A DNA stretch of 64,000 bases from Schmidtea polychroa (Eukaryota): positions 24,616,001 through 24,680,000 of the forward strand of contig CM097885.1 of the NCBI GenBank assembly GCA_044892525.1. Direction: 5' to 3'. Within the stretch, counting starts at the first letter, position 1, and the number at the start of each line of letters is the position of its first letter. Shown one piece after another: positions 38,209-52,827 of this stretch. Under the pieces are notes generated by a model. The model made no database searches, was not told where the DNA came from, and saw only the letters and a list, made by a program, of their open reading frames with translations. The translations under genes were made by a program, and so were the position numbers.

Positions 38209-41200
38209 TCAGTTATGGTTGAAAGCCAACCTATGAATCATTAATTTATGTTCTTTAAATTCTTTATCACTTAGACCTTTTATATATTCAGGATCAGTAT
38301 TAAAATATTTAAGTTCTAAACATATAGGATTAAAAACTTGAGAATATAAAGGTTTCTCGATTTCTCTCTCGGGATAAATAATTTCAACATTATAAATATC
38401 AAGATCAGTAATCTTTGTATCATATAACTTATTCAATTTTTCTAGATTTTTTATTATAGGGATTAAATTATTTCCAATAGGTAGAGTTGTCTTTAAATCA
38501 CTTAGTATGAATCTCTTATCATCATAATTTGATAATGATACTTTTTGAGATTCTATCAAGTGAATATCATGGTTTTCACTTTTAAGTTGATGTATTTCAT
38601 CAATTTTATCTTTATGATTTGGATTCAATGTATCTATATAATCTTGATGAGAAAGATTCTTTGCAACCACTCTCTGTATTCCTTTACATCTGTTATCCTT
38701 TACAGGTTTTTCTTCTTGTCCCTCTGGTCCTTTAGGAAATATAGGATATCTATGTGTAATGGTTTCTTCTGTTTCTGGAGTTTTAAATATAAATGATCTA
38801 GTTATAAATTCAGGGTTTCTAAATGTTTCGTATGAATATTGTTTAGCACGAATAAATATTCCATTTTCTATAGGAGTAAAAGGTTTTTCATCTTTAAACG
38901 AAAATAGTTCTCCAGATGAATTTATTAAATTTGAAAGTATAGGATTTTCTTTCATATCTTTTTGTAAATCATGAGTTCTTATTGTTAAAAACATTGAATC
39001 TGTATCCATTGCATGCATTGATATATTTGCTCCGTATATAGGTTGTAAGATGTTATAATATGTTTCATACATTTGTAATTTTGAAAGTTCTAAAATTGTA
39101 AACCCTATAAATATTGGTTTGTTATATGTTTTCTCATAATTTTTTAATTCTACTGCAGTAAGATTTTCAGAAAATACTTGTGCGTTTTTAAATGTAGGCT
39201 TTCCTAGCATGCGATTATAACGCTTAATATCTTTGGTAGTATTTGTTAGGAGTTCAATATGAGTATATTTATCAACATTCTCCATTGTTTTCCCAAAGAC
39301 TGAATTGTTTAAAATTTTATAATTATTATCTTTAAAAAGATTACCTTCTCTTTTTGCAATGTTTCGGCACCTAATGTTCTCCTCGATAAAAGCTTTCATG
39401 AATGGAGCTTGTTTAAATCTTATGACACTATGAACTTTTTTTAATATCATACCTCGTGAAAGATAAAATTGGAGGAGTCTATAGTGACAAAGATAAAACC
39501 TTCGATCTGTTTGATCACAAAGAAGTTTCATTGTTGGAGGTTTATCTTGTGAGATTTGCCATTCAGAAAGTTCGTTGATATCAATCTTTCTTCTTATGGG
39601 AGCTAAAGGAAAATATCTTGTTCCTGATTTTATATCATCTGGATAGTCGAGGTCGCATTCTATAAAGTAACCTATTGGAGAATCTTTCGATGTTGAAAGT
39701 ATTTCTTTCATAAGGTCATCTGTTGGGTTCTCTATTTCAGTGAAATCACCCATTGGTAAAAATTGAGTCATAATTCCTGAATATAAAGCTGTTGCATCTA
39801 TATAAAGTATAAATATAGGATTTTTCATTGTTTCTAATAATTCTTTTAATTCCTAATTGTTAATTTTCATATATGGATCATCAGGGTGTTTAGATAGTCT
39901 TCGGCTAGTAGTTATTGCATTTCTAGCTTTTATTTCTCTATTCCCCATTACTGAAGAGACTCCTCCTCTAATGTTTGTTTTAATTTGGTTAAACATATCG
40001 AGGTTAGTTAAAAGATCTATAATTTTATCACCTTCTTCTATATTTGAAGTCCAAATGGTATATAACATAGTATCCCAAGCTAAAGAGGGTGCAGTTATAT
40101 AATTATAAGGTTTAAGAACAAAAGAGTTTGTAAATTCTTCAAAGCAATCTGCTAGAATATAAACATCCAAGGATAAATACATACTTGTATATTCTCCTAA
40201 AGTTTTACACTTGAATAATTCCCACATTTTTAATGCTCGAGAATATTCTTGATTTGTAATATGATTTTTTTGAAGTTGTGAATAGAAATCTTCTTGGCTA
40301 GGAAGACTTGTTTCATTATATCTTTCAAACGAGTCAACATAGTCATAAGGATATATTCCTTTTGCTAAACATGTAGGATATTCTTCTAGAGGAATATTAT
40401 TTTTTTCCAAGAATTCTCGAGTGATTTTAAAATTTTCTGGTTTCATTGTTTTTGCTACTGCATCTAAAGACATTTGGAGAAAGTTTAACGAGTCTATAAA
40501 TTTTAATTTTCCATATTCAATTGATTTATATTTTTCCTTTGTTAAGCCGATAACTTTGAAAGAGTTTTTAGCATTTGCTGCGAGGTGTTTAATAAATAGA
40601 TGTATGTCATATCCAAAAAGATTATGAAATATAACAGGTATAAATTTAGGAGTATGGCAAATAAGATTGCAATTTTTATGAGCTGCTCGTCGATAATTAT
40701 TTTCCTTTTTTAAATGATCATGATCTATAACTTTTTCATCAGGAAGAATATTCTGTTTACACATCCAACAGTTGGAAGTATTTTCATATTCTTGTTGTTG
40801 TTGATTAGAAATATTTTGAGGATACTTTGTTTTTAATATTTTAAATATTTCATGTTCTAGATCATTTATATTTTTAGTAAAATGATTCAAGACTTCTTCA
40901 GGGGTACCTCCTAGAATTGAATATTCTCTAGATTCTATGAGTTCAGGATAATTACTTTTAAATAATAATTTATAAGCAGATGGTAATTGTTTAGTTTTTT
41001 TAACACTATTAGGTTTATTTCTTTTTCTTAGAAAGGCTTTCATCCTCTCTGGTTTCATCTTCTCTCCTGAGGAGTTCCATAAATCCATGAGTTTATTTTT
41101 TTCTATTATTTTTAAATATTGATAAACCAAATCTTGTTTATGGTTTATAGATTCAAAGTCACCATAAAGAACTCCAACTGTTTGTAGTAAATTTGAAAAG

Positions 41201-42495
41201 TTTTTAAAATACATCTTGGGACTATTAGGCATTTTAATTAAAGCTGGATCATCTTTTTCACAAAATCTTGTATGTTTAATCATAGAGTTTTTAGTTGTTG
41301 AATAATGAAGACATCTTTTACATGTTCCTCCTCCACTAGTTGGATTCTCTGGAGATGTAAAAGCTTGAAAGTTTTTTATTAAAACATAATGTTGATTATT
41401 TTCTTGTTCCAAGATTAAAAGATATATCTCGTTGTCCTGTGCTCCGTTATCCTTGGTTCCACTATCTGAAATATAAATTGGAATAATTTCTTTCCCTATA
41501 ACATGTTCATAAATATTAAGTTTAAGATTATTTAATTTTTCAAATTCTGGAATGTCTTCTAGTTTCATTGGGTGTTTGAATCCTTTGGGAAATATTAATT
41601 CATTTTCATATTGTTTGTATTTTGAAACTCTTTGGGGATTTGTTGCTTGAGGATGTAAATGTGCAAGTATTGACCAGATGAAACATTTGTTATCATTATT
41701 CTGTACATTTATAACATTTTTAGATTTAAAGGGTGTAGGAATATAAGATTTAGGATTGGGTGGTAATCCTCTCCAATAATCAATCACTAAAGTTTGGAAA
41801 GAGTTGAATACTAAGTTTGAATCTCCTAATTCATTTTCTACTTCCTCTTGTTTTGCTTCTGCTGCTTTAATTATTTCTTTGATGGTTTTATCAAATCCTT
41901 TAATTGAAAATAAATATTTAAAAGGTATTCCAATTTCAACATCTAAGGGTGTTGTCTTTTCTTCTGCTCCTCGCCAGTATTTTGCTTTGATTATAATTTT
42001 ATATTTTATAACATTATACCTTGTCGGTTTATAATTTTTTAAAGCTTCAGTGAAAGAATTTTTAATATTTTTATTTATATATTCTCCAGGAGTTGCAGGC
42101 CCATTAATTTTTAATTGAAATTCATCTATATGATTAAAATTATCCCAGTTATATTTTTCTCTTTCAACATGATCAGGTTCTCCTTCTGAATGACATTCCT
42201 CATCGTCAGAATTTTGTTTTTTATTTTTACATTCTTTTATATGTTCTAAATAATAGAAATTTAGTTTTGTTGAAAAGTTACAATGAGGACATGTAAATAT
42301 TTCTCTATTTTTCCCGATACAATTTTCAAAATGTTTATTATATCCAGAATGTAGAAATCTTCCTTTACATTTAAGACAAAGTTTTGAATTTGTATCATTA
42401 AGATTATTTTCTTTTAATAAATGAGCTTTCGATTTTAAGTGAGAAATTAATCCAGTTTTATTTTTAAAAACTTTATTGCAAATATTACAATTCAT
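38209..42495 (-). pseudogene. Protein-primed family B DNA polymerase (pPolB) with one in-frame TAG
   Basis: N-terminal zinc fingers; YGDFES, FHNLFGYD and DVYILAD exonuclease motifs; EndoVII-like DHDH insert; YIDATALY, KILNNSVFGK and DTDS. TAG at 39855-39853, then ELKELLET in frame to the second ORF. Confidence 0.95.
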
Positions 42496-42600
42496 TTTTA
42501 GAAAAAAATTTTTTATTGGATACCCTGTTTTCATTTTATTTTTTAAGATTTATATTATTCATTTTTTATAATAAAAATTTAAAAAATGACAAAAAATCCA

Positions 42601-42674
42601 AACCTTGATGGCGCAGTGGGCTAGACTGACACAGTGGTTCAAAATGCTAGCGGTTCAAATCACATCTGAGGTTA
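42601..42674 (+). ncRNA. tRNA-derived cassette A, right TIR copy
   Basis: Identical to 29317-29390; T9 at 42676-42684. Confidence 0.65.
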
Positions 42675-42850
42675 GTTTTTTTTTCAACATAAAATAATAT
42701 TAAAAATTTGAAAATAATATTGAAAATAGTGTGGGTATCTTATATTTATAAAGTACTTGTATATTTTATTTTATTTATTTTATTTTATTTTATTTTTTTA
42801 TTAATTAATTATTTTTTAAACATAAATATCAAAAAAAAATATTGAAACGG

Positions 42851-42924
42851 GTGATGGTGGCGAACCGGTAATTATCGCCACCTGTCTTTCGAACACCCCC
42901 GGATCGATCCCGGTAATGTGCACA
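42851..42924 (+). ncRNA. tRNA-derived cassette B, right TIR copy
   Basis: Identical to 29067-29140; T4 at 42940-42943. Confidence 0.55.
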
Positions 42925-43523
42925 TTTATTTCTCGGTTGTTTTCGGACCTCTTTCGGATTCGCTTTCGAATTCATTTGTACTTTCGAGCAGCACACTTAA
43001 AACGCCGATGAAAACGTATTCGAGCGAGAAGCGAATAATAAGGTGTGCTGCTATTATCGGATTGATTCTGATGTATGAGTCTGGCCAGCTTGTATATTGG
43101 AAGAGATTCGATAAACGAAAGAGGTTGATAAATAAAAAAAATGATCCGGATCAAAAAAAGCTGTTGAGGGGACAGTGAAAAAAAAAAAAAAAAAATACCA
43201 CTGTCCCCTCAGAGCAGTTTTACTATTTTTCATTTATTTTTTAATTTATATAATTTAAAATCAATAATCTGATAAAGATCAAATAGCCCTCTAACTTTTT
43301 CATAATGCCATTTTCTTTTCTATTCTCTTTTTAGTTTGAAGCTTTTGAGTTTGAGGCTTTAAAGATTAAAACAGTTAGAGTCATTAAGGGTGGTTGTTTT
43401 CAAAATATAGGGTTAAAATACTATAAAAGTATAAGTTTTAGGTTGTTTTTCTAATAGCTTAAGTGATTTGGAGGCATGTTTTTGTTGGGGGGCTGTTTTG
43501 GTTGGGTATATAACCACACTACT

Positions 43524-45477
43524 TAAATGATATTGTTCATTGTGCTGAGTCCTCTTTCAGCTTCTGCGGAATTAACAGCAATTACATTTAAAATTCTTTT
43601 TGCTCTCAAAATAGTATTAATATTTTTAGATTCTCTATCTCGCACATCAACAAAATCTCGAAAATCATTTACTGGAATGATGTATTTGATTATTTTATTT
43701 ATCTGCTCTAACCTATTTTCACCTTCAATCCATGGTGCTTCAAAAATATCACCCGGCCATGTTTCTGGATTTAATAAATTAAAGCAATTTAAGAGATTAT
43801 TATAGTTTTCATTTTTATCGTCTAATAGCAAACGCGTTTTCATATGTTTTTCTAAACAATCAAAAAATTTATCTCTCGAAACAACAATTGATGTTTTTTT
43901 TCTATTAATTTCAAATGGAATATTGTATTTTTTCGTTTTAATAATATCATCTGCTTCTTTTTCATATGTTCTTTATTTAATTTTAAATGTTGGAATAGAT
44001 TTATCGTTCGCCTTATCAATCTATCAGCTCTAATTAATGAAATATCTCTTTCTTGTAAAGCTGTAGACAGTACACAAATTTCTTCTAATATGTCGTTTAT
44101 TAAACCTAAATCTTTTAAAAAGTTTTCATTTTTGAAATATGACATTATTCCAATTTCTTTATTTTGACTAAAGTGAATATATAAGGCCTGATATGATTTC
44201 CAAACTGCTTTGGCGGTCCTAGCGCTACAGGCTGCCCATCGAGGACCAAATATTCTACCTATTTTGTGTACTTCAGTGCCAAGTTATTTAGAAACATTAT
44301 TTAATTCTCGTTGATGTTTATTTGAAGTATGATAATACGAATAAAGTTTATCGAGAAAATATCTAAAGTTATTTACTTCATTTACTTCTTTGATAACATC
44401 ATCTAGAGTTAACTGAATACGATGAGCTAAACAGTGACAGATGCTAATACCTGGAAAATGTTCTAAAATTCTTGCAGAAACTCCAGCCTTTTTTCCTAAC
44501 ATTACACTAGCACCGTCTGAGCAAAATCCAATAAGATTTTCATGTAAATATTTTTCATTAAAACCATGTTTTTCAAGAACTGATATTAAGGTTTTAAAAA
44601 TTATTTCTGATGTTGTTCCTTCTAATTCGACAAGATCAATAAAAACTGTTACACTATCATCGGAATCTTGAATTTCAGATTTCAAATAAACTACTAAAAC
44701 GCTTTTGTGTGAAACAGTTGAGGCTTCATCAATAATAATTGAAATTTTACAACCTGTATTTATCAGTTTTCCAAAAATAATTCTTCTTATTTCTGTAGAT
44801 ATAAGCTTTGCGACAAGTAAAACTATAAATCTGGAATGTAATGAAAATCCAAAATCTACATTATTTTTTTTCTGTAAATCAATTAATTTTTTAAAATCAC
44901 TGAATGGGTAATTGTTTTTAATTATGAAATAGATAGTATTAAAAATGTTTACTGTGCTGTTTAAATACTTTTCATTAGCCACATCGAAAGATTTGGAAAT
45001 TATATTTGTTTCACCAATTTTTATTATTTCCCCAGCTTTTTTATGTGAAGCTGATTCATTGTGTTCCTTCAATTTTTTTCTCATTGATGATTGTAAATTT
45101 TCTTTGTTCGAGCCATGAGCTTTGACAGAACATGATTTCCACTCCACAGAAATGTGTAAATATTTAGCAGTTTCTAAATTTAACGATTCTACTTTCGAAC
45201 ACCACTGACATCCCACATTTTCATCGCTAACAACAAACAGCCACTCGTATTTTTTTTTAAAATAATTTAGTTGTTTATCATTCCAAAAATGTAATAACGC
45301 AACATCACGAGACGTTCCAGCTTTTTCCGATTGGTGTTGAACTTCAGAAGTATCATTTTTTTCTTTTACCTGTTTTGTTTGATTAGAAATAGTAATATTC
45401 TCAGCTTGCTGTTCAGGGTTTTTGGTTATTTTTATAGATTTGCTAAAAAAGTCATCCAAATTACCTTGCCTTTTCAT
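43524..45477 (-). pseudogene. hAT transposase (ZNF862-like), main part
   Basis: CQWC...H zinc finger, IDEAS, SDGASVMLG, HCLAHRIQL, RW and SAEAERGLS motifs; stop at 44286-44284 and a frameshift near 43970. Confidence 0.92.
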
Positions 45478-46694
45478 TTTTAGGTTGAAACAAAGAAAAT
45501 ATTTAATAATTAATTAATAATTAATTAGAAATTTAAATCAATTTAAAATCTTCATACTTGCACGTTAAAACTGCATTTAATAGAGATTAAAAGTAAGGGA
45601 TAACCATTCACCATAAAAATATTTATACTACTAAACTTTTTATTTAGAGTAAATATATCAAAATAAAAATGTATTCAAAAAGGGAAATTCCCTTTTTATT
45701 AAAAGAAAAATATTTTTTTTTACAGAATTTTCCGTTAACCCTTTCAAGCTTAGTGGTTACGCGGTGAAACCACCTATTAAAATGCAACTTTACACATGCT
45801 CAGTAGGAATTTTTCAATTCCATAAATTTTGTTCTATAATTCAATGCCATCTCTTGGATTGTAGTGGAAATTAAAAGTACTAAAATTCAAATTTGACAGT
45901 TTTAAGTAGATTTTTTTTACTAAAACCGAAAAAAATTTTAAATCCCAAATTTTTATTTTATTGTAAGATTTTTTGTATTTGATCGATAATGGCAGGTAAA
46001 TATTTATATTTTTTTAGTAATTTAGAATGTTTTATCAATACTTTACTTTTACATACTTTTACTTAAAAACATACTTTTTTTTTAATATACAACAACCGGT
46101 ACGGAAAATTTTAAAAATGTTAACAACCGGTACGAGCGTACCGCCCCGTACCGGCTGAATATCACCACTGTATATATATATATATATATATTCAATTTTT
46201 TGCTGAATTCAATTGAAAAAAAATATGAGTTGTCGAGAAAGTAGAGATATAAATAGTAAATAAATAGTAATATACATAAAAGTTCATTTCTCCTTGATGC
46301 TTAGTAATAAGTATAATTCACTTTTAAATGTATTTTCGATGTCACTGGAAACTTTGAGTAGTAAACAGAAATCCATCACATCACTTGCAAATTAGCTAAT
46401 TCACAGAAAAAATATCTCCAAACTTGTAAACATGGCGTATGAAAAATCAAATTCACCTTTGGAGACCAAAATAGTCTATACATAGAAACTGTTTACAAGT
46501 GCATCCGTAAACCTTTAGCTATTTTAACTTGTTATGGTAAGTATGCAATAGAGTTGAATCGCGTCTCCTGCATAGTACTGATGAGAGCCAAAAGTTCGAA
46601 ACTAGTCTACTATTGTAATTTGCACTGGGTGTCACAAAGTCTGTAATGTTTATATTATTCAAATGTTAGATGTCCGAAAAAAATATTTTACACC

Positions 46695-46817
<123 letters not shown>

Positions 46818-47210
46818 CAATATTTTATGTATAAGATTAATATTTCTACAAAATAAATAATTTTCAATTTTTGTATAATCTTTTAACAAAATTTTTTTAA
46901 GTCTAAATAAAAAAACTTTAACAAAAAAGTCTAAAAGTAAATCTTGTTAAAAAGCCAAAATAAGCAAACTTTAAAAACATATGATATTATAGTAAAATAT
47001 TATTTTTAATCTTAAAAATAGTTAGATAAATTTAATCAAATTTAATAAATTAAATAAATTATTAAATGAGTGTAAAAATTAAACTTTCAAAAAATTATAC
47101 CTAAATATTGGAAATCATCATTAACAGAATTTTTTGACTCCCATTAAACATTAAACATTGTACAAATACTCTTATCGAAAGATTCAATCAAATTATTTCA
47201 TATGTTTCCT

Positions 47211-48005
47211 CTATTGAACTTTTGGTTTATCTTCTTCTAAATATTCTGGTCCATCAAGTGTGAACCTTTTTTCGTCTGAGAATATAGTATTCTCCCAAAT
47301 GTGATTGGTCGAAATCCATTCTGTTATCACTTTCATTCTTTCTTCCTTGTGTTTCTTAGATAGGATGATTTCGTGATAATTTTTTGCGTATTTCATACCA
47401 GCAAGCTGCATATACCTTTGTACTGTCCTTGTTGATACAGCTAGCCCACAATTTCTCTTGATCTTGGGCGAATTAACTTTTTCCTGTGCTCTCGTTATCC
47501 GTGCAGTTTCTCTTTTGATGGATAACGCGCCTGCTTTACTTATTTTTCTTCTGTTTCCACGTTTGCGTTTATGTAACACATATTTGTAGGTGACTAAATT
47601 CTTAACAGCATATCTAGACATGCCCAAAATGGTGCCAATTGCACCATAACTGTTACCTTCCTGTTTCATCTTTATAGCAACTTTCTTTAAATCTGGAGAT
47701 CTCATAATCAATTCTAAAATTATTATAAACATTAAAATCATATAAAGTAGTATAAAAAAATAGGTTAAAATTATTAATACTTAAAAATCTTTAAAGTGTG
47801 CTAAAAATTGTGTCGTATTTTAATTTTTAAAAAACCTAAGAATTCAAATATTATTTAAACAAAAAATAATATATGTCTAAGTAGTGATAATTATTAAAAG
47901 TATTACTATATTAATTACAATCATACAAAATTTATTTCATTTATTACATTATTAATGATTTTGTAACGAAATTTCTTACTGTGCTAAAAATAGTGTCGGG
48001 CAGTA
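47211..48005 (-). mobile_element. Truncated Tc1/mariner transposon
   Basis: HTH domains and FSDEKRFTLDGP, then a deletion; TA-flanked end near 48004 with repeated GTGCTAAAAA.TGTCG motif. Confidence 0.8.
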
Positions 48006-50170
48006 TAGTATTAATTAATATTTTTTTTCTCTTTTGACCAAAGTTTCCCGACTTATGCCTAAAAATGAGAAATTAGTATACACTTATTATTAAATAAACT
48101 TCTTCATTGGAATGTTGTCAGCATTACTATTATAAAATTTCATGTATAAATGATAATCACTAAAATAAATATTTATTGATTATAATAATAATAACATTAT
48201 TATTATAAGAACTTTTTTCAATTTTCACCTCTGATTTCTTTTCAATTGTCATTGTATTTATAAAAATTTGATTATGAATCAATAAAGATATCCATGGTTT
48301 TTTAGATATTCACGAATTTTCAGTACAGTCTTTTTCAAGTGATTTACAATTATTAACAATTATTAAATTTTGGAACATCTAGTGAAAATGTCAAACACAC
48401 ATAGAAATAAAAGTCACCAAATATTCACAAACATACAGACACAAATTAAATCAAAATTATTTTAGTAATGCTCTAGTATAGGAATAACAATTTTTAGATT
48501 TTATTCATCATTAAAACAGATTGACTTACAGTTTCTCATAATTTACTGAATATTTCTCCATGTGTGGATATAAGACAGCTAATTTAATGGCAAAAATAGT
48601 AAAGACCAGGCAAATTCCAATTCCATATCACAGTATTAGTGTAGAGACTATTATTTTATAATTTATAATAATTTTTATCAATGGCATTTTTCAATTTCGC
48701 CCTAAGTCGGTTATTGGTATCAATATACTTCTTTAAAATATTACTCTGTCTAAATTTAATGACCCTGTGAAGGTTTGTTAATCTTACATAATTCTTCTCT
48801 GGATAATGTGTTAGTATCAACTTCTCAACCTTCAAGGAGAAATGTCTAAAAATGATTTTTTTAGAAAAAAGTAATTGAAAATAAATATCGATTTGATAGC
48901 TTTTTCTGGTTCTTTCTGGCAGGCCATGAAATAAATTGTGTCATTTCCTATTTGAATGTTTTTGTAAAGTTAACGCAGAATTTATCAAAAATTTTAATTT
49001 TATTTTGTCCAATTAAAACAAATTCATTAAAATCAAAGAAATAATCTGAAATATCCTTTGCTCTCTGTCAACTGTTTTTGTTTCCAGAAATCGGCGCAGA
49101 AATAAATTATCTAATTTATGTTTTTTTGTAAATTTTTAATTTTAATTTTCTAAATTGATATATTTTCCACTAATGATTGGAATTTGTCCCAGCCGCAAAT
49201 AGCGTAAACCCCAGAAAACCACTCAATGGCCTAATTGTACAATTGCAACAAAATTTCGAGTCATTTTCTCTCGTTTCCATTAGGAAGTTTATGACAGTTT
49301 TGTCTTTAATAAATAAATTTTCTTTAATTGAAAATGATTGATCATTTTAGAAATTTCTAAAGCGTATTGGAATTACATTTTATCTGTTCTGTTCAGGAAT
49401 TCGTCGATTATAATTGTAAGTAGTGCGTTAGAGGAAATAATTTTGCGTAAATTTGAAACTGGAAAAAAAATCTAAATATTCAAAATTAATATTTTTATTG
49501 TAAAAATTTATGACATATGGATAAAACTGACCTGACCTTTACACTAACCTTTACTTTATGTAGTTTATATTAATGCTTCCATGCTTGTTTGATTAATATT
49601 GAGAACCTGGTCTTTAGATTATGTCAATGTTTATTATTTATCTCAGTTCGTTTAATAATACATCTGCTGTCAAATATATTTATCCACTTGGCATGAATAT
49701 ATACTTCACTTAATTTTTAAATAATATTTTTATTAACTATTGCGGTATTACTGTGGATTTTCACATAGTAGAAATCCTCTTCAATTTTAGATGAAGTTTG
49801 AATCGTATTTTTCAATAATTAAATTGTACAATTATCTGTGAAAAATAATTGTTCGGGCATCTTTAGACGAAAATATAAACAGCCAAAAAATTTAATATGT
49901 GAAAAGTATGAGATTAGTTTTTGTCATAGACTAAAATTTAGTAATGGATTGAAAGAATTCGCTTAATTGTCGAAAAAGAAAAGATGATACAGAAATAAGA
50001 TCTTGAAGCACAAACTCACTGTGTCAAAGTTGGCAGTATATTTTTATACCAGTTTCTTGACTAGGAAGAAATAAGTGAAATTAAAAGATAGTTTTCGATT
50101 TATAAAATTTTTGATCATAAATTTTTTTTACTATTTGTTTTTTCTCTTTCTGATTTAAAATGTATCATTT

Positions 50171-51229
50171 TGTTGGGTTTTTGGATTATTTCAAGTCGGT
50201 TCTCTCTGACTCCTGGTGTTCTTTAAATTAAAACAATGAACGACCCAACGTATATTGAAACAACAGGTTCACAATTTATTATCACGCTACAATTACCAAT
50301 CAAAGTTTTATACGATTCTCCGCTCGGCGTTGATGCTTTGCAAACAAACAATATTCACCTTTTGATCCTTTAGTTCTCTCGACTCTCTTTTTCCTCGGTT
50401 TCTCTTTGGTTTGATCCCTTTTCGCCTTTCCGTATTCTTAATTCTATTTCTTCTTTTCCCTACTTCCCTAATTCGTTTACCACTTTTCCTACAGTCTAAT
50501 TCTTCGAACCCTAGCTGAGGCAGAATGCCGATTTTCTCTGATTTTCCCTTTGCTTATATACTCCTCGAAATCAGGATGACAAATGGTTATTTCCGAGCCA
50601 ATCTTTCGTTTGACATTTTCTCCTACGTGTTTGCTTCGGCTGTCATCCATAATGGTCCAACGAATCCAGATAATTAATGGCCCTACCGGTCTTCCTACGC
50701 GCGCTATCTTCTCCTTACTCTTTTCCCATTAATCATTGTGTCAAGCTAATGGGCCCAAATCTTCCTTTTGTTTGCCTTTCTTCTTGTTTACCCAGCTCGG
50801 GTTTCCTTTATCTCTCGGGTTCTCCATTGGCTGGGGTTTCCCATTAGCTCGGGTTTTCCATTAGCCAATTAATTAATTAATTAACGTTTTCTGTTTTCAT
50901 ACGTTTGAATGTTTTTCGACCCTTCCTAACCCTTTTCTGATAAATCCCTAACCATCATCTTGTTGACCATTAGCTAATCTATACCTGTCCCGTTTTTCCC
51001 ATTCGATTTTTATGATTTTTCCATTTATTGATTTTTCTCGGATTTCCGGATTCTCGCCTTTCGTAATTGCTTTTTGCATTTTCTAATACTGTTTCCATCG
51101 CACTTTCCTTTACTATTAATTCTGTGCACGATCCCGCTTTTATTTGCCATTTTTCCTCGCTTACTTTCCATTTGAATTATTATCCTAAATTTTATTTAAA
51201 TTTTTAATTTTAATTTACAGACCTCAACA
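50171..51229 (-). mobile_element. Solo LTR (1059 bp, Gypsy-like)
   Basis: TGTTG...CAACA ends; 4-bp TSD ATTT; AATAAA on the minus strand near 50275; GC-richer than flanks. Confidence 0.75.
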
Positions 51230-51549
51230 ATTTGAATATTAAACTGAACTAAAAAGAATAAAAATCATTATAGGATCTCAATTTACCATAATAAATTATC
51301 GTAAAAGATTGATCATCAAATGTTTTCATTGAAATGCGAAATTAAAAAAAATTGAATGAAAAAGAAAAGTTACAAAATTAAATAACTTTTGATTTAAATA
51401 GAAAAGCGTGTAACAATAAATTATATTAGATAGATTATATCCGTTAAAATGTTTGAGAATTTTCAGAATATTAAAAGCTGGAAAATTTGTATATAGAATA
51501 GAGAATTATCTACTTATATAAACTTGATTATGTGTACATCTGTAAATAT

Positions 51550-51877
51550 AAATATCTGTAAATCTAAAGAAAGTTTATATTCTAAATTATTTTATAATTA
51601 AATTTTACGATGTATTTTTTCTTTTTCTCTGAAGCTCAAGGTAGAGCTGTCGGATTCTAAATTAAAAGTATTTTCCTGAATAATTTTTTAATAATTTCAA
51701 AATAATTGTATTTTAACAATATGTTAATGGTTATTTATTTCGGAACAAAAAAAGCTATAATAAATTTGCATGCATTTTTCATTATGTGTTTTGTGTTGGT
51801 ATTTTCAATTATTTTTCTCTCACCTTCACCAATCCTATAATAAAGTTATTAAATTTCGGAACAATACATTTCTACAC
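51550..51877 (+). repeat. Dispersed repeat copy of about 15253-15578
   Basis: Near-identical text (ctctgaagctcaaggtagagctgtcggattct...). Confidence 0.85.
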
Positions 51878-52060
51878 ACAGGTAAGTTTGTGTGTTCCTA
51901 TACTATAAATTTATTGATTTTTTTTATATTATAGAAGTTACTAAATTTCGGAATGGTGTGTATTATATTATCTTTTATTTACCGCATCTATTTCTCTTTC
52001 ATTCGGTGTAATTAGTGGTTATATCATCCACCTTAAATTATGTTACTACTTTTAATATAA

Positions 52061-52108
<48 letters not shown>

Positions 52109-52722
52109 ATTATTATGACATGGCACTGATATAAATATTTAAAAAAACCTACTGTCATCATCAAGTAGAAACGAAAAACACTATATATAGATTTTATTCA
52201 AACAAAATTATAAAACTTTTACAAATCACATTTTATGACAAAATCTTTACAAATAAGTAACATGATATGAATGTAAAATGTTATGTTGTAATATAAAAAT
52301 TATTAAATTTAATAAAACGTGTATTTTAATTGAAATCAAAAATTATATAAATTTTTAGTTTATGATTTATAAAAATTTTATAATTTAGTTTGAATAAACA
52401 ATTTTAAATTTTTTTTCTATCTATCTGATGATGTTTTACTGACGTTTCCAAATTATTTTTATAATTATTATTGTTAAACAAGTAAATGATAAAATAAGCC
52501 TTTATTGCAGAATATATACTAAATTAAATGAGAAATTTGTTGATTATAAGAAGATCCTTCTCAATCCTTTTTCAAGAAATTGAATACGATTATCCTATAA
52601 TCCAGAATTAACTCATTTTGTACATATTTTGCAGCTAATGTTTATCTTATTGTTTACTTGTTTAACATTTAATTTATGCTGTTACCAATAAACCATTACA
52701 TATTCTTATTTTTATTTCTAAA

Positions 52723-52827
<105 letters not shown>

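Larger units (their letters stand above)
28501..43523. mobile_element. Full-length Polinton/Maverick (adintovirus-like endogenous virus), 15,023 bp
   Basis: AGTAGT...ACTACT ends; TSD TAAATG at 28495-28500 and 43524-43529; long TIRs; complete gene set. Confidence 0.98.
42580..43523 (-). repeat. Right TIR of the Polinton (~944 bp)
   Basis: Reverse complement of the left TIR with an extra ~31 bp near 43423-43453. Confidence 0.95.

Noticed and set aside
31893..39855. Alternative genetic code to explain the in-frame stops
   Set aside because: All three stop types occur internally, and TAA and TGA also end intact genes; decay is the simpler explanation.
32399..44911. Short antisense ORFs over the integrase, fibre, pPolB and hAT genes
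   Set aside because: Shadow frames of real coding sequence with no independent support.
45736..45760. TTAACCCTTT piggyBac-like end within the hAT element
   Set aside because: No matching partner end was found.
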